Shown here one piece after another: positions 10,473 to 19,455 of a stretch of DNA of 64,000 nucleotides (positions within the stretch are counted from its first letter, which is position 1; every line of letters begins with the position of its first letter). This DNA is from Capsulimonadaceae bacterium (lineage in GTDB: Bacteria > Armatimonadota > Armatimonadia > Armatimonadales > Capsulimonadaceae). Both the position numbers and the translations under genes were made by a program. The DNA lies in assembly GCA_036504535.1 (NCBI GenBank), contig DASXUY010000022.1, positions 5,650 to 69,649 on the forward strand, written 5' to 3'. The notes below the pieces were generated by a model, which searched no databases, was not told where the DNA came from, and saw only the letters and a program-made list of their open reading frames with translations.

Positions 10473-10676
10473 ATGCTGACAGCAATTGAAGGTGTGTATA
10501 AAGACGGTCACGTGCACCTAAACGAACAGCCGCAGGGAATCGATAGCGCCGACGTTGTCGTTACGTTCCTGCAACGGGAGCGACAGCCGGACCGAAGCAC
10601 GCGCATGAGATTCGGCCAATTCCCCGCTGATGGCGCATTTGACGAGGATGATTTCAAGCTCGCCATCGTGGGCTAG
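10473..10676 (+). CDS. Small DUF104/AF2212-like protein (putative antitoxin-like) with no partner toxin gene.
   Basis: MLTAIEGVYKDGHVHLNEQPQGIDSADVVVTFL matches the DUF104 pattern (xIEAIYENGVxKPLEKxDLKEGxxVxV). The longer ORF from 10413 would read through its own promoter. Confidence 0.5.
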   Translation: MLTAIEGVYKDGHVHLNEQPQGIDSADVVVTFLQRERQPDRSTRMRFGQFPADGAFDEDDFKLAIVG

Positions 10677-10775
10677 CGGCAGCGAGGGGATGATCGATGC
10701 GCTGTGCCGCAGAGAAGTTTCCTTCCCGTTTCGGGAAGGTCCCGAGTCCGCGAGGGGGATGGGGATTTCCCGCCC

Positions 10776-11981
10776 CTAAGACGTCAGCGCGACCAGCTGC
10801 TCAACGTCCACCAGGGCGACATCAATCGACCCGCGCACATTGGTCGTGTACGCAATCATCCTGTCCCCGTTGCAGAATTGCGGGTGTGGGTGGACATGGT
10901 ACTGCGTTGCGTCGTAGCCAGCCGTCGTCGCCGGAAGGCTCGAGCAGCCGCAAGCGCCATTGTACACTGGGAACTCGGTCACGATGGCGATCTCTCGTCC
11001 GGTGGCGATGTTGTAAAACGCCATCGCCCAGTGTCCCGGAGGCGTGAAGGTATCGCCCACAAGGTAGCGCCCAGCCCGGTCGCAGTGAGAGTGCGTGTGG
11101 CCGTTCGCCCAGATGGTTTCGCGGACGCCCGTGTGGATGTTGACACGCTCAGTGCCGTTGCGGTAGTCGATGTACCAGACATGCTCGCCATCCGCATCCC
11201 ACCACTCATGACCGCGGCGGTTCGACGCTGCTGGCGCATCGGGGCAGAGCGGTCGCGCTTCGCCGCCCCGTGTCAGCAGCCACAGTCTGTCCTCGCCTTC
11301 GCCCTTCTCGCCGGTTGCTGAATCGAACCAGCCATCTTGCGCGACAAGTATCGTATTCGGGTCGGTCGGGCTGAACTGCGCGTGGTTATAGCATCGGTCA
11401 AATTGTTGCCAGATACGCGCTGGCGATGATCCGTCGACTGGTATATCGCCCACATACCAGTCAGGGCTGAACTCGGCGTCGATTGCGAACGATTTGCCGT
11501 CCGCTGACCGTGTCAAGTGTGTCGCGATCCGCCGCGGCCGCCGGTTATTGGCGACATCCGCCGGGAACGCCCCCACGCGTTGCGCGATATCGGTCGACCG
11601 AGGCCCGCGACGCCATATCTCCAGTCCCGTCGTCCAGTAAGCGTCGCCGGTTGCGAGGTCTACATAAGGCGATGCGTCCTGAAACATCGTCTCCGGATAA
11701 ACGCGAATGGTGTCGGCCTCGAAGTCCACTACGCCCAATTGCCACCCATAGGCGTTTCGACCTCCGGGCGGATACACGCAGTAAAACCACAAGTACCGCC
11801 CATCGTCGGTGAGGCTGGGGTTGACGAAATAGAACGACAGTTGCATCGGCGCGACACGCGAAGTCAAAACACGGCTTTCCACTCCGCTAACCGGGTCGCG
11901 CCAGCGAGTGAACAGACGGGAGCCATTGGCCACGTGCTCGCATTGTGATCCCGGGCGATTGCCGGCAAGGGTACTACTCAC
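10776..11981 (-). CDS. ogl: Oligogalacturonide lyase (PL22 family).
   Basis: Recalled similarity to Yersinia/Dickeya Ogl: FYFVNPSLTDDGRYLWF versus YFYQKCFTRDGSKLLF, and HVHPHPQFCNGDRMIAYTTN versus THPHPSFTPDDKHVLFTSD. Comparable length. GTG start at 11981, overlapping the upstream gene by 8 nt. Confidence 0.7.
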   Translation of the reverse strand: MSSTLAGNRPGSQCEHVANGSRLFTRWRDPVSGVESRVLTSRVAPMQLSFYFVNPSLTDDGRYLWFYCVYPPGGRNAYGWQLGVVDFEADTIRVYPETMFQDASPYVDLATGDAYWTTGLEIWRRGPRSTDIAQRVGAFPADVANNRRPRRIATHLTRSADGKSFAIDAEFSPDWYVGDIPVDGSSPARIWQQFDRCYNHAQFSPTDPNTILVAQDGWFDSATGEKGEGEDRLWLLTRGGEARPLCPDAPAASNRRGHEWWDADGEHVWYIDYRNGTERVNIHTGVRETIWANGHTHSHCDRAGRYLVGDTFTPPGHWAMAFYNIATGREIAIVTEFPVYNGACGCSSLPATTAGYDATQYHVHPHPQFCNGDRMIAYTTNVRGSIDVALVDVEQLVALTS

Positions 11982-14649
11982 GGCTCAACTCACATTCATT
12001 CCATGCTGTCACGGGGAGCTGAACCGCTCCGCCCGCACTCGGTGCCACAACCGCCGAAGTCGGCGTTGGCCGTGTCACGCTCATCGACCATTTTCCCTTC
12101 GCCAGACTATTCAGCGTCACCGCGAGAGAGTTCGACTCGGCCTTGCCATCGTTGTACGTGCGGCTGACGAGTATCCGCTTCGATGTTGCGAGCGGCAAAT
12201 CGTCGAGCGCGACGATCATAACGGTCGCGAACCCGCTTGTGCCACCGATGCTCAGAACCGACAGCTTCGCGGCGGGTTTGCCGTCGAGTTGCCCGCTGAA
12301 TCCCTCAGCCTTTGGAGCCGCGAACGACACCTGCTGGCGCGCAGGGTCATTGACGATCTGCCCGGTGTCTGAAACGATGGGGCCCGCGGGCAGCGGTTTT
12401 GTCCAAGGAGCGGTAGCCTGCGTTGCCGGAATCGCGCTGAACGCTTTCCGGAACCCGTGCACCGCCTGCCATCCGGGCTGCAGCACAGTTTGCCCCGCCA
12501 TCAATTGAGCGTACCCATTCGGCGTGTAGGTCGGACCTACAGCGATCAACTGCGGGTCGCTGCTAGGTGCAAGATACCGATTCTTGTAGATCAGTCCCGC
12601 CGTCCGGAGATGGTCGAGCATAGGTCCAGCGCCGCTCAGCGTGCCGATGATCCCTGGGAATGCCGGGTTTCGCGAGTCGCCCTTGCCCCAGCCGTCAGGC
12701 ATCGTCGAGAAGATGCCGTGTGCCCAAGCGAACCATACAATCCCGGCGTAGTTTTGAAGCGAAGCGTACGCCGCAGTCGCTGCGGGCATCATCGTATATG
12801 AAAGCTTGCGCTGATCATACATCTGGCGGCTCTCGCTCTGATTGAGCTCGCCGATTACCACAGGCTTGCCCGAAACCGCTGACTTCGTGATGCTGTACAG
12901 GAACTTGCTTCCTGGCTGTGTTGCCAGAGGGTCGTCATACGCATGATCCTCGATAACGCCGTCGGTCTGCGTTCGCATCCGAAGGTTGGCATCGCCGCGC
13001 CAGAGGTTCGAGCACTCGATTGGGCCCGCATATCCTGCCTTCCGAATCACTGCCTCCATACGGGTCGCGTATGACCTATCCAGGTCGTTGCAGAAGTCTG
13101 AGAAGCATCGAACCTGCTCCGGTGTGCGTGCATTGTAGAGCGTGAACGGTGCTACCCCCTTCGCCTTGCAGTACTCCGCGAGCTTGGCGTTGAGCTTGTC
13201 GGTCCAATAAGCCGGAAATGTGTTGTGGCAGACCAGCGTGTACTCCGATGAGAACTCATTGATCAGTTCCACCGACACGACTTGCGGGTCACTGCCGTAT
13301 GCGAGACCGGTGTACGGGTTAACATGCTTCAGCATCCGCGTTGCATATTCGGCGGCCAACGCGAAGCAGCGATCATCTATTACGGGGAGCATCTTGCAAG
13401 GGTCGATCTGCTTCTGCCAGCCCCAGTGGTTGAGCTCGTCCATCGCGTCGCCCCACGCCTCTTCATCGTCGGGGGTCCCCTTGATGATAGACACGTCGTT
13501 TGGCCTGTAGGAGCGGCTGCAGTGAATCGAGAGCGCCAGGTAGATTCGCTTCTGCCTCAGCACGGCGTTCATGTAATCGTAGCGGTCCCACGCCTTCAGG
13601 TTCGGCGTCCGCGAGTCTCCATCGTATGTGAGCAGCGACGCCACATCCGCCGGGTCCCAATCGCGGCTGTCACGAAGATTGTGGTGCGGGCGGACCAAGT
13701 TGACACCCACCGACGCCAGGTTATCAGCGGTCTTGTCCGCGAGCGCATGGTCGGGATAGAACGCCACTAGGTTCATTCCCCAGAAGCGGACAGGCTTCCC
13801 GGCAGCGTCAACAAAATCCTCACCGCGAGGGCGCAACGCGGGTAGGGGAGTCACCTTCGGCAGCATCGCGGCAACGGCGGCGGGGTCGGTTTCGTCCTTC
13901 TGCGGCTTCGGTGGCGCGGGCTTGGGACGCGCAGGCTTCGTCGCGTTCGGGTTATACTTCACCGCGAGCGGATTAGTCGACGAGACTCGATTGAAGCTCA
14001 GCTCCAACTTGGACGAATCGATACTGCCCTTGGATGGATCAAACCCTATCTGGATGTTGATATGCTCGGCCCCATAAGCGCGAATGTCTTGAACGTAGGC
14101 GCTGAGGTCGCCCGTGATGACGAGAGTTCCCTGGTTGCGCAGTGGGATTCGGATCGACTTGATATGCTTGACATTCGCCAATCCCTCACTCTTGAACCAC
14201 CACGGCATCTCAAGCGCTTGATCGCCCAGCATGATTGTCTGCGCCTTATAATCACCTACCGGTAGGTCGACGAGCAGACACAGCACATTCGTTAGCTTCG
14301 CCGGACTCCCAATCAGCGACGCGCTATACGTGACCGTGTCGCCATCCACTGCCTTCAGCTGCTCGTTTAACAGATACGTGCCCGATGGCGTCTTGAAGCT
14401 CCCCTTAGTTTCAAACCCGGCCGGTGTCGCTTGCGGAAACCCCGAGTCGACCGCGACGCTGTTCTGCATCGTATTCGCCCACTGGTCAGACTTGTGCAGG
14501 ATACCGAACGCAACCCCGTCAACCGTGAATGCACCGGTCTTGTCGGGGGCCATCGCCTCAAGCAGTGTGGGGGCTGCCAACCCGTTCGTGGTGGCAAGCA
14601 CTGAAAGGGCGACAGACAGTGCGAGAGTAGCCAGTAAATTGAGCTTCAT
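11974..14649 (-). CDS. Secreted putative glycoside hydrolase (TIM-barrel, cellulase/GH5-like) with a Pro-rich linker.
   Basis: Signal peptide MKLNLLATLALSVALSVLATTNGLAAP. Linker KPARPKPAPPKPQKDE. A VELINEFS block resembling the GH-A catalytic-acid (ELxNE) region. Confidence 0.5.
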   Translation of the reverse strand: MKLNLLATLALSVALSVLATTNGLAAPTLLEAMAPDKTGAFTVDGVAFGILHKSDQWANTMQNSVAVDSGFPQATPAGFETKGSFKTPSGTYLLNEQLKAVDGDTVTYSASLIGSPAKLTNVLCLLVDLPVGDYKAQTIMLGDQALEMPWWFKSEGLANVKHIKSIRIPLRNQGTLVITGDLSAYVQDIRAYGAEHINIQIGFDPSKGSIDSSKLELSFNRVSSTNPLAVKYNPNATKPARPKPAPPKPQKDETDPAAVAAMLPKVTPLPALRPRGEDFVDAAGKPVRFWGMNLVAFYPDHALADKTADNLASVGVNLVRPHHNLRDSRDWDPADVASLLTYDGDSRTPNLKAWDRYDYMNAVLRQKRIYLALSIHCSRSYRPNDVSIIKGTPDDEEAWGDAMDELNHWGWQKQIDPCKMLPVIDDRCFALAAEYATRMLKHVNPYTGLAYGSDPQVVSVELINEFSSEYTLVCHNTFPAYWTDKLNAKLAEYCKAKGVAPFTLYNARTPEQVRCFSDFCNDLDRSYATRMEAVIRKAGYAGPIECSNLWRGDANLRMRTQTDGVIEDHAYDDPLATQPGSKFLYSITKSAVSGKPVVIGELNQSESRQMYDQRKLSYTMMPAATAAYASLQNYAGIVWFAWAHGIFSTMPDGWGKGDSRNPAFPGIIGTLSGAGPMLDHLRTAGLIYKNRYLAPSSDPQLIAVGPTYTPNGYAQLMAGQTVLQPGWQAVHGFRKAFSAIPATQATAPWTKPLPAGPIVSDTGQIVNDPARQQVSFAAPKAEGFSGQLDGKPAAKLSVLSIGGTSGFATVMIVALDDLPLATSKRILVSRTYNDGKAESNSLAVTLNSLAKGKWSMSVTRPTPTSAVVAPSAGGAVQLPVTAWNECELSRE

Positions 14650-14888
14650 TGGGTGGGCTTTCTTTCAGGGGGGTGGTAGTTCCGAAGGCGTCTTGTCGAC
14701 GCGAACTCCGGTGCAGTTATCAAGGCGGCCCAAGCCGCTCCGACGTCCCGGCAGGGACAATCAGAAACTCGCTAGCCACTGAATTCATTCAGTGGACATC
14801 GTTGCCGCAAAGCTTAGGTCCTTAACAATTCAGTTGCGTTCAAATGAACGCAAGTCCCTGTTTGGTTCAGGCTGAGAAGCGGTCCGCT

Positions 14889-14960
14889 ATCGCGACTTCC
14901 TAGGCGCGGAAAGGGGTGACTTCGCGGTCTTCCGCGCACCTAGGCTCAGCCTGGTTGAGC
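14889..14960. repeat. REP-like hairpin repeat immediately 3' of the stop codon of the gene at 14960-15802. Related copies at 47261-47320 and 59118-59140.
   Basis: atcgcgacttcCTAGGCGCGGAAaggggtgacttcgcggtcTTCCGCGCacCTAGGctcagcctggttgag. A long inverted repeat plus the shared aaccaggctgagc motif. Confidence 0.6.
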
Positions 14961-15802
14961 TAGTGGACGCTGAACGTGGCGGAGAATGTGCCGCCGCTGA
15001 CCGCGCTCACGCCCGAGAATGACGTCGATGCCGCGACCATGGATGTCGTCGTGTTTGGCCCAATGGTGATATTCGGCGCTTCATCGCCTGTCGCCGTCGC
15101 CTTGGAGCCGTAGTTATCCCAACCAGGTGACACCTTCTCGCCCTTCAGCCACTTGACATGACCATCTGCGAGAACATAGTTCGCACCATCATTGTGCCAA
15201 CCCGGCAATACCGTTACATAGGTGCCAGCGTTGTTGACCGTGAGCGGCTCTCCGCCAAGATAGCCTGTCGTCAGGTAGATCCACTGGCCATTGCCCGGCA
15301 TCATCCACTGGATATTGCCCGCCGGGGATCCGCCCCAGTTGTCGACCGTCTGCTCGCCCGACGCCAGTCCCACCGCCTGGTACCCTTTGCACTCGAACAG
15401 GACCACACTCTTCGTCGGGTCCCCGAATTTAGATATATTCGAGACGTTGGCGATGTTCATGTTGTAGATATACGACATCGTCGTTCGCCCCGTGTAATCG
15501 CCCGTCGGATCGTTCGGGCACTTGTACACCCTCTCAGACTTCACATACGAATAGATGCGCCCCGCCCATCCCTGACCTGACGTATTTGCCCAGCGAATCA
15601 AGCCCATTGGGTAACATTCATCGTAGTCTGTGGAATACTGAATAAAGGCAAGCCCTAACTGCTTTTCGTTGGATAAACAAGCCGTCTGACGCGCCTTTTC
15701 GCGGGCTGTCGCAAACACAGGAAAGAGTATAGCTGCGAGAATCGCTATGATTGCGATAACTACGAGTAGCTCAATAAGAGTGAAACCCTTCAACTTCGTC
15801 AT
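14960..15802 (-). CDS. Prepilin-type N-terminal cleavage/methylation domain protein with DUF1559; paralog of 5284-6105.
   Basis: [39 protein letters not shown] ... [17 protein letters not shown] ribosome-binding site 8 nt before the ATG at 15800-15802. Confidence 0.85.
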   Translation of the reverse strand: MTKLKGFTLIELLVVIAIIAILAAILFPVFATAREKARQTACLSNEKQLGLAFIQYSTDYDECYPMGLIRWANTSGQGWAGRIYSYVKSERVYKCPNDPTGDYTGRTTMSYIYNMNIANVSNISKFGDPTKSVVLFECKGYQAVGLASGEQTVDNWGGSPAGNIQWMMPGNGQWIYLTTGYLGGEPLTVNNAGTYVTVLPGWHNDGANYVLADGHVKWLKGEKVSPGWDNYGSKATATGDEAPNITIGPNTTTSMVAASTSFSGVSAVSGGTFSATFSVH

Positions 15803-15834
15803 CTCGATGCTCCTTGTGGGGTAACCACGTTGCC

Positions 15835-16857
15835 CTACTTAATCGCTGGGCCAGTCGTGCCCCGTTTAACCAATTCGGCATTGAACTCGATACGCTCGGG
15901 ACATTTCCCGACATGCTCCAATTGACCAATCACCATTTTCGCCGCCGCAGCGCCAATCTCCGGCAGCGGCCTGCGAATCGTCGTTAGCGGAGGCTGAGTC
16001 AATGCCGCACCCCGCACATCGTCGAACCCGATCACCGACACTTCGCCCGGAACATCGATATTCAGTTCCGCAAGTGCCTTTAGTACGCCAAACGCGATAG
16101 GGTCCGACTCGCAGAAGATCGCCGTTGGCTTCTCGCCGTTCGACGTCATCATCGCCAGCGTTCGCGCAAATCCCGATTCGCTGCGATAGTCGCCTTCCGG
16201 CATCCACTCGGCGCGCACCGGCAAGTTCCGGCTCGTAAGGGCGTTCAGATATGCCTCATCGCGCGGCCGCCCCTTCGACCAGTTGCCCGCAAGATACGCT
16301 ATCCGCGTGTGACCAAGACTCACCAGATAGTCCATCGCAATCGTCGCGCCGTGGTAAAGGTCGATACCTACATAGTTGTTCGTCGGGTCTTCAATCTCCG
16401 AACTTACCAGCACGTAAGGGTAATTCCGCTCCTTCAACGCACTGATAATCTCCTCGCATCCTGCCGGGTTCAACAGCAAAAGCGCATCGCACCTACCGTC
16501 AACATACACACGAAGCGCCTTAGTAGCGCTCTCCCACGAGTGTGTCGGCACCAACATCACGTTACATCCACTTCGGAGCGCGACCGCTGAGATACCGGAA
16601 ACGATAGAGAGATAGTATTCGTCCAGCTCTTCCGACACTTCATCGAGCGACGCGTTGACCACGACTCCCAGAGTCGTCAGCGTTTGCCCCTTGTTGCCAT
16701 AAAACATCGGGCTGGGCACATAACGCAATTCCCGCATCACTTCGATAATACGCTCGCGAGTGGACGCCTTCACGCGCTCGGTCTTACCGGTAAGCACCGC
16801 CGAGACCGTACTCGGCGCCACCCCACTCATTCTAGCGATGTCCTTAATGTTAGCCAT
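15835..16857 (-). CDS. LacI-family transcriptional regulator.
   Basis: Internal start [25 protein letters not shown] (ATG at 16855-16857), helix-turn-helix plus sugar-binding core. The upstream part of the long ORF overlaps the neighbouring gene and is rejected. Confidence 0.8.
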   Translation of the reverse strand: MANIKDIARMSGVAPSTVSAVLTGKTERVKASTRERIIEVMRELRYVPSPMFYGNKGQTLTTLGVVVNASLDEVSEELDEYYLSIVSGISAVALRSGCNVMLVPTHSWESATKALRVYVDGRCDALLLLNPAGCEEIISALKERNYPYVLVSSEIEDPTNNYVGIDLYHGATIAMDYLVSLGHTRIAYLAGNWSKGRPRDEAYLNALTSRNLPVRAEWMPEGDYRSESGFARTLAMMTSNGEKPTAIFCESDPIAFGVLKALAELNIDVPGEVSVIGFDDVRGAALTQPPLTTIRRPLPEIGAAAAKMVIGQLEHVGKCPERIEFNAELVKRGTTGPAIK

Positions 16858-16868
16858 TGGTGTCTTCG

Positions 16869-16888
16869 TTATCGAACTAGTTCGATAA
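16869..16888. promoter_or_regulatory. 20-bp perfect palindrome, a candidate LacI-family operator.
   Basis: TTATCGAACTAGTTCGATAA, 12 bp upstream of the lacI start codon at 16857. Consistent with autoregulation of the lacI-prepilin-GH-ogl operon. Confidence 0.55.
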
Positions 16889-17012
16889 TAACACGGCGAG
16901 GGGAATGTGTCAATAGGGTGAGAGGAATAAATCAAACATCGAGTCATTTTCCGCGCCATGGGGAGCGCTTGCTTTGCTTGGCGCAAGCGCTCCATGAACG
17001 CGTTCGCTACGC

Positions 17013-19103
17013 CTACGTCCGCGCCGTCAACGTCAGCAACAACGGATAGTCCTTCACGAGCAGCCCCGCGATCACCGTTTCGCCGCTGGCCCGCGTCACG
17101 TTCAGCGGTGCCGCGTCCCCGTTCAACGTGTCGTACACGTAGGCGTCCCACAGCCCCTCCACCGCGACATCGACCGCCGTCCCCACGCAATCATCTGTGG
17201 CAAGACCCGGAGTCCAAATCGCGATCATTCGCTCACCGCCGCGTACGAACGTGTACACCTCAACCTCCGCCTGACCGCTGTCAATACGATGATCGACCTC
17301 GGCTGGCTCGAGCGAATCCAGCGCGGTCGAGAGATTGCGCATGGCGTAATACGCCGCCTGGGGCTGCTGGCGCGACTGCGGGTCGGAGAATGTGCTCCGG
17401 CGCAGCAAGCTCAAGTCGAGCGGGTAGTTGTCGTTCCACTGTTCACAGAAAATCGACGTCACCCCCAGTCCAACGTGGCGAACGGTCATCTGGGCGACAT
17501 ACTTAGCCTTTTGCAGCTCCGAGCAAACAAAGCTTCCCCACCAGTTTGGCGGCGTGGGCGGGGGATAGCTCGCACCGTATGTCCATTCCGATGCGATGTA
17601 CTCCCCCCGGAAGCCATGCTTGTGGCAGTAAGCTTGGAACGCGCGAACATCCGCTGGGTACTCCCGATACCGATCCGCCTCGGGGCTTGTCTGGTAGAAC
17701 GGGTGCCATTGGATCGCGTCGACCTCGCTGGCCAGCCTCTCGACCACATCGAGAAAGATCGCGTTCGGCGTATCCGGCCCGCGTTTCCCGTCGGGCCATT
17801 TGGCGATCCCCGCCACCCAGCCAGCGTATCCGCCAACCGACACCGTAGCCTCCGGGGCTTCTTCCCGTAAAATGTCGATAGCCACTCGCGCGATAGCGAC
17901 ATAGCGTTCGACACTCGCCTCTCCGCCAAAGTAGAGCGACCCGTTCCACTCGTTCCAAATCTCAAAACACTTCACACGATCTCGAAAATGCCGTGCCATG
18001 AACCGCACATAGCGGCCCCACGCCTCCAGCGCATCGGGCGTTGTTGGCGGGGCAGGGTTCTCGTAGTACCACTCCCAGAGCTGCGGCAGGTGCCTGGCCG
18101 GATCCGTCTGCGTGTACAGACGATTTCCGAACCCCAGCGCTATGACGGTATCGATCCCGTTTTCGGCCAGCCACGTAATCGACGCGTCCGTTTCGTAGTC
18201 CACCTCAAGCTTTCCGCGCTCGCGCTCCACCCAGTGCCAGTTCACCGGATCGTCGTGGTAGCCCACTCGTACCCACTTCACCCCAAGGTCCGCGCTCATC
18301 GGCCACAACTGCCGGTGCGCCTCGATGGTCTGCCCGAAGACGTGCTGCGTCGAGCTCACCGACACCCCGGCCCCGCGAGTGGCAAGCGCGACATTCACCC
18401 CGCCCATGTCGTACACTTCGACGCTGGCGATCGAGAACCCGAAGAGCCAGTTTTCCAGCCGGCAAAGGTGGCGGCCGTCGATCAAAATCTGCTTCGCGAT
18501 TCGCCCACGAGCGTCAAACGTGAACTCCCGCCGCGCCGCGTCATCATCGACTATCGCGGTCACCACGGTCTCCCACGTTTCCGCGTCGCGGCTCAGGGAG
18601 ACCGAAATCTCGCCCGGCATCGCCATCCCAATCTCCACCGCGCCTTCGTCAAGCGGCATCGAGCCTGGGACATTGCGCTTGGCGCCCGGGACGCGCTTCC
18701 GCAGCACAATGCGCGAAATGGCGGTTTCGGCGACCAGGTCGATCCGGATCCAGGGCGAATCGGCATCCGCACTTGGTGACGTGTGACTGCACCAGCACGT
18801 TGTCGGGTCGCCGTCGATCAGGTGGATCGCTTCCAGAGGCAGATAGTCAACCGCCGTCGAATGCGGCATGCGCGACGAGTTCACGCCCATCCGGTTCGAC
18901 ACGATCTCCGAACTCCGCTTGACCGGAACCTTTACCATCGCAGCCGCATTCCCCACCTGAGGCACAGGCGCTGGAGCGAGATCAGGCGGATCGCTCACCA
19001 CCCACGTGTACCCGTACGCCAATATCGGCTTCCCGCCGCAATGGGCAATCACCTGCGGCTCAGCGAAAAGTGCTTTGTGAAGCGGAACCTGTTCCATCAT
19101 CAT
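17013..19103 (-). CDS. Glycoside hydrolase (GH-A TIM barrel) with an F5/8 type C (discoidin) domain; no signal peptide.
   Basis: Discoidin-like block IDGDPTTCWCSH...PWIRIDL. GH-A motif CFEIWNEWNG. Starts with ATG x3 at 19095-19103. Confidence 0.6.
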   Translation of the reverse strand: MMMEQVPLHKALFAEPQVIAHCGGKPILAYGYTWVVSDPPDLAPAPVPQVGNAAAMVKVPVKRSSEIVSNRMGVNSSRMPHSTAVDYLPLEAIHLIDGDPTTCWCSHTSPSADADSPWIRIDLVAETAISRIVLRKRVPGAKRNVPGSMPLDEGAVEIGMAMPGEISVSLSRDAETWETVVTAIVDDDAARREFTFDARGRIAKQILIDGRHLCRLENWLFGFSIASVEVYDMGGVNVALATRGAGVSVSSTQHVFGQTIEAHRQLWPMSADLGVKWVRVGYHDDPVNWHWVERERGKLEVDYETDASITWLAENGIDTVIALGFGNRLYTQTDPARHLPQLWEWYYENPAPPTTPDALEAWGRYVRFMARHFRDRVKCFEIWNEWNGSLYFGGEASVERYVAIARVAIDILREEAPEATVSVGGYAGWVAGIAKWPDGKRGPDTPNAIFLDVVERLASEVDAIQWHPFYQTSPEADRYREYPADVRAFQAYCHKHGFRGEYIASEWTYGASYPPPTPPNWWGSFVCSELQKAKYVAQMTVRHVGLGVTSIFCEQWNDNYPLDLSLLRRSTFSDPQSRQQPQAAYYAMRNLSTALDSLEPAEVDHRIDSGQAEVEVYTFVRGGERMIAIWTPGLATDDCVGTAVDVAVEGLWDAYVYDTLNGDAAPLNVTRASGETVIAGLLVKDYPLLLTLTART

Positions 19104-19227
19104 TCACCTCGTTATTGACTGACGTACAATCTGTTTCGACAAACGATACGAATAATGCTCTTTATTATTTCGCTTCTTTGCGCACATTCACATAGCACGC
19201 ACCTACAGCCAAGCCTCTCGCCACCAC

Positions 19228-19296
19228 CCGCCGCGAAGCGGCACAAGGATGCAACGTCACGTTGCCGCACCGCGCGTAGCGGCCTGCGGAGCAATC
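19228..19296. repeat. Dispersed ~70-bp structured repeat, copy 1 (also at 39914-39989 and 42688-42765).
   Basis: ccgccgcgaagcggcacaaggatGCAACGtcacGTTGCcgcaccgcgcgtagcggcctgcggagcaatc. The central palindrome is preserved in all three copies through compensatory changes. Confidence 0.6.
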
Positions 19297-19455
19297 TGGA
19301 GTTCGCTATCACTACCGTTACTGCCCAATGCATCCGCTAACTGGCCGATTTCGGGTAAAACAGATTCCTGACTATTTGGCCCGATGTTGTGCCGAGTGTG
19401 GGCGAACAATCTGCCCGCCACTTTGAGAGACAAGCGAAAGGATACGACTTGATCC

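Noticed and set aside
16858-17190. An N-terminal 111-aa extension of the LacI ORF (MRGDGG...).
   Set aside because: It is Gly/Arg-rich and overlaps the 3' end of the neighbouring gene. The HTH begins at the internal ATG at 16857, and the operator palindrome lies inside the extension.
17988-18779. A 263-aa plus-strand ORF inside the 17013-19103 GH/discoidin gene, and similar internal ORFs (26386-27270, 42044-42637, 43347-43931, 57219-58190, 57541-58320, 61736-62686, 31330-32341).
   Set aside because: All are antisense or out-of-frame overlaps of genes with clear domain evidence, and all have low-complexity Arg/Pro/Ala-rich translations.
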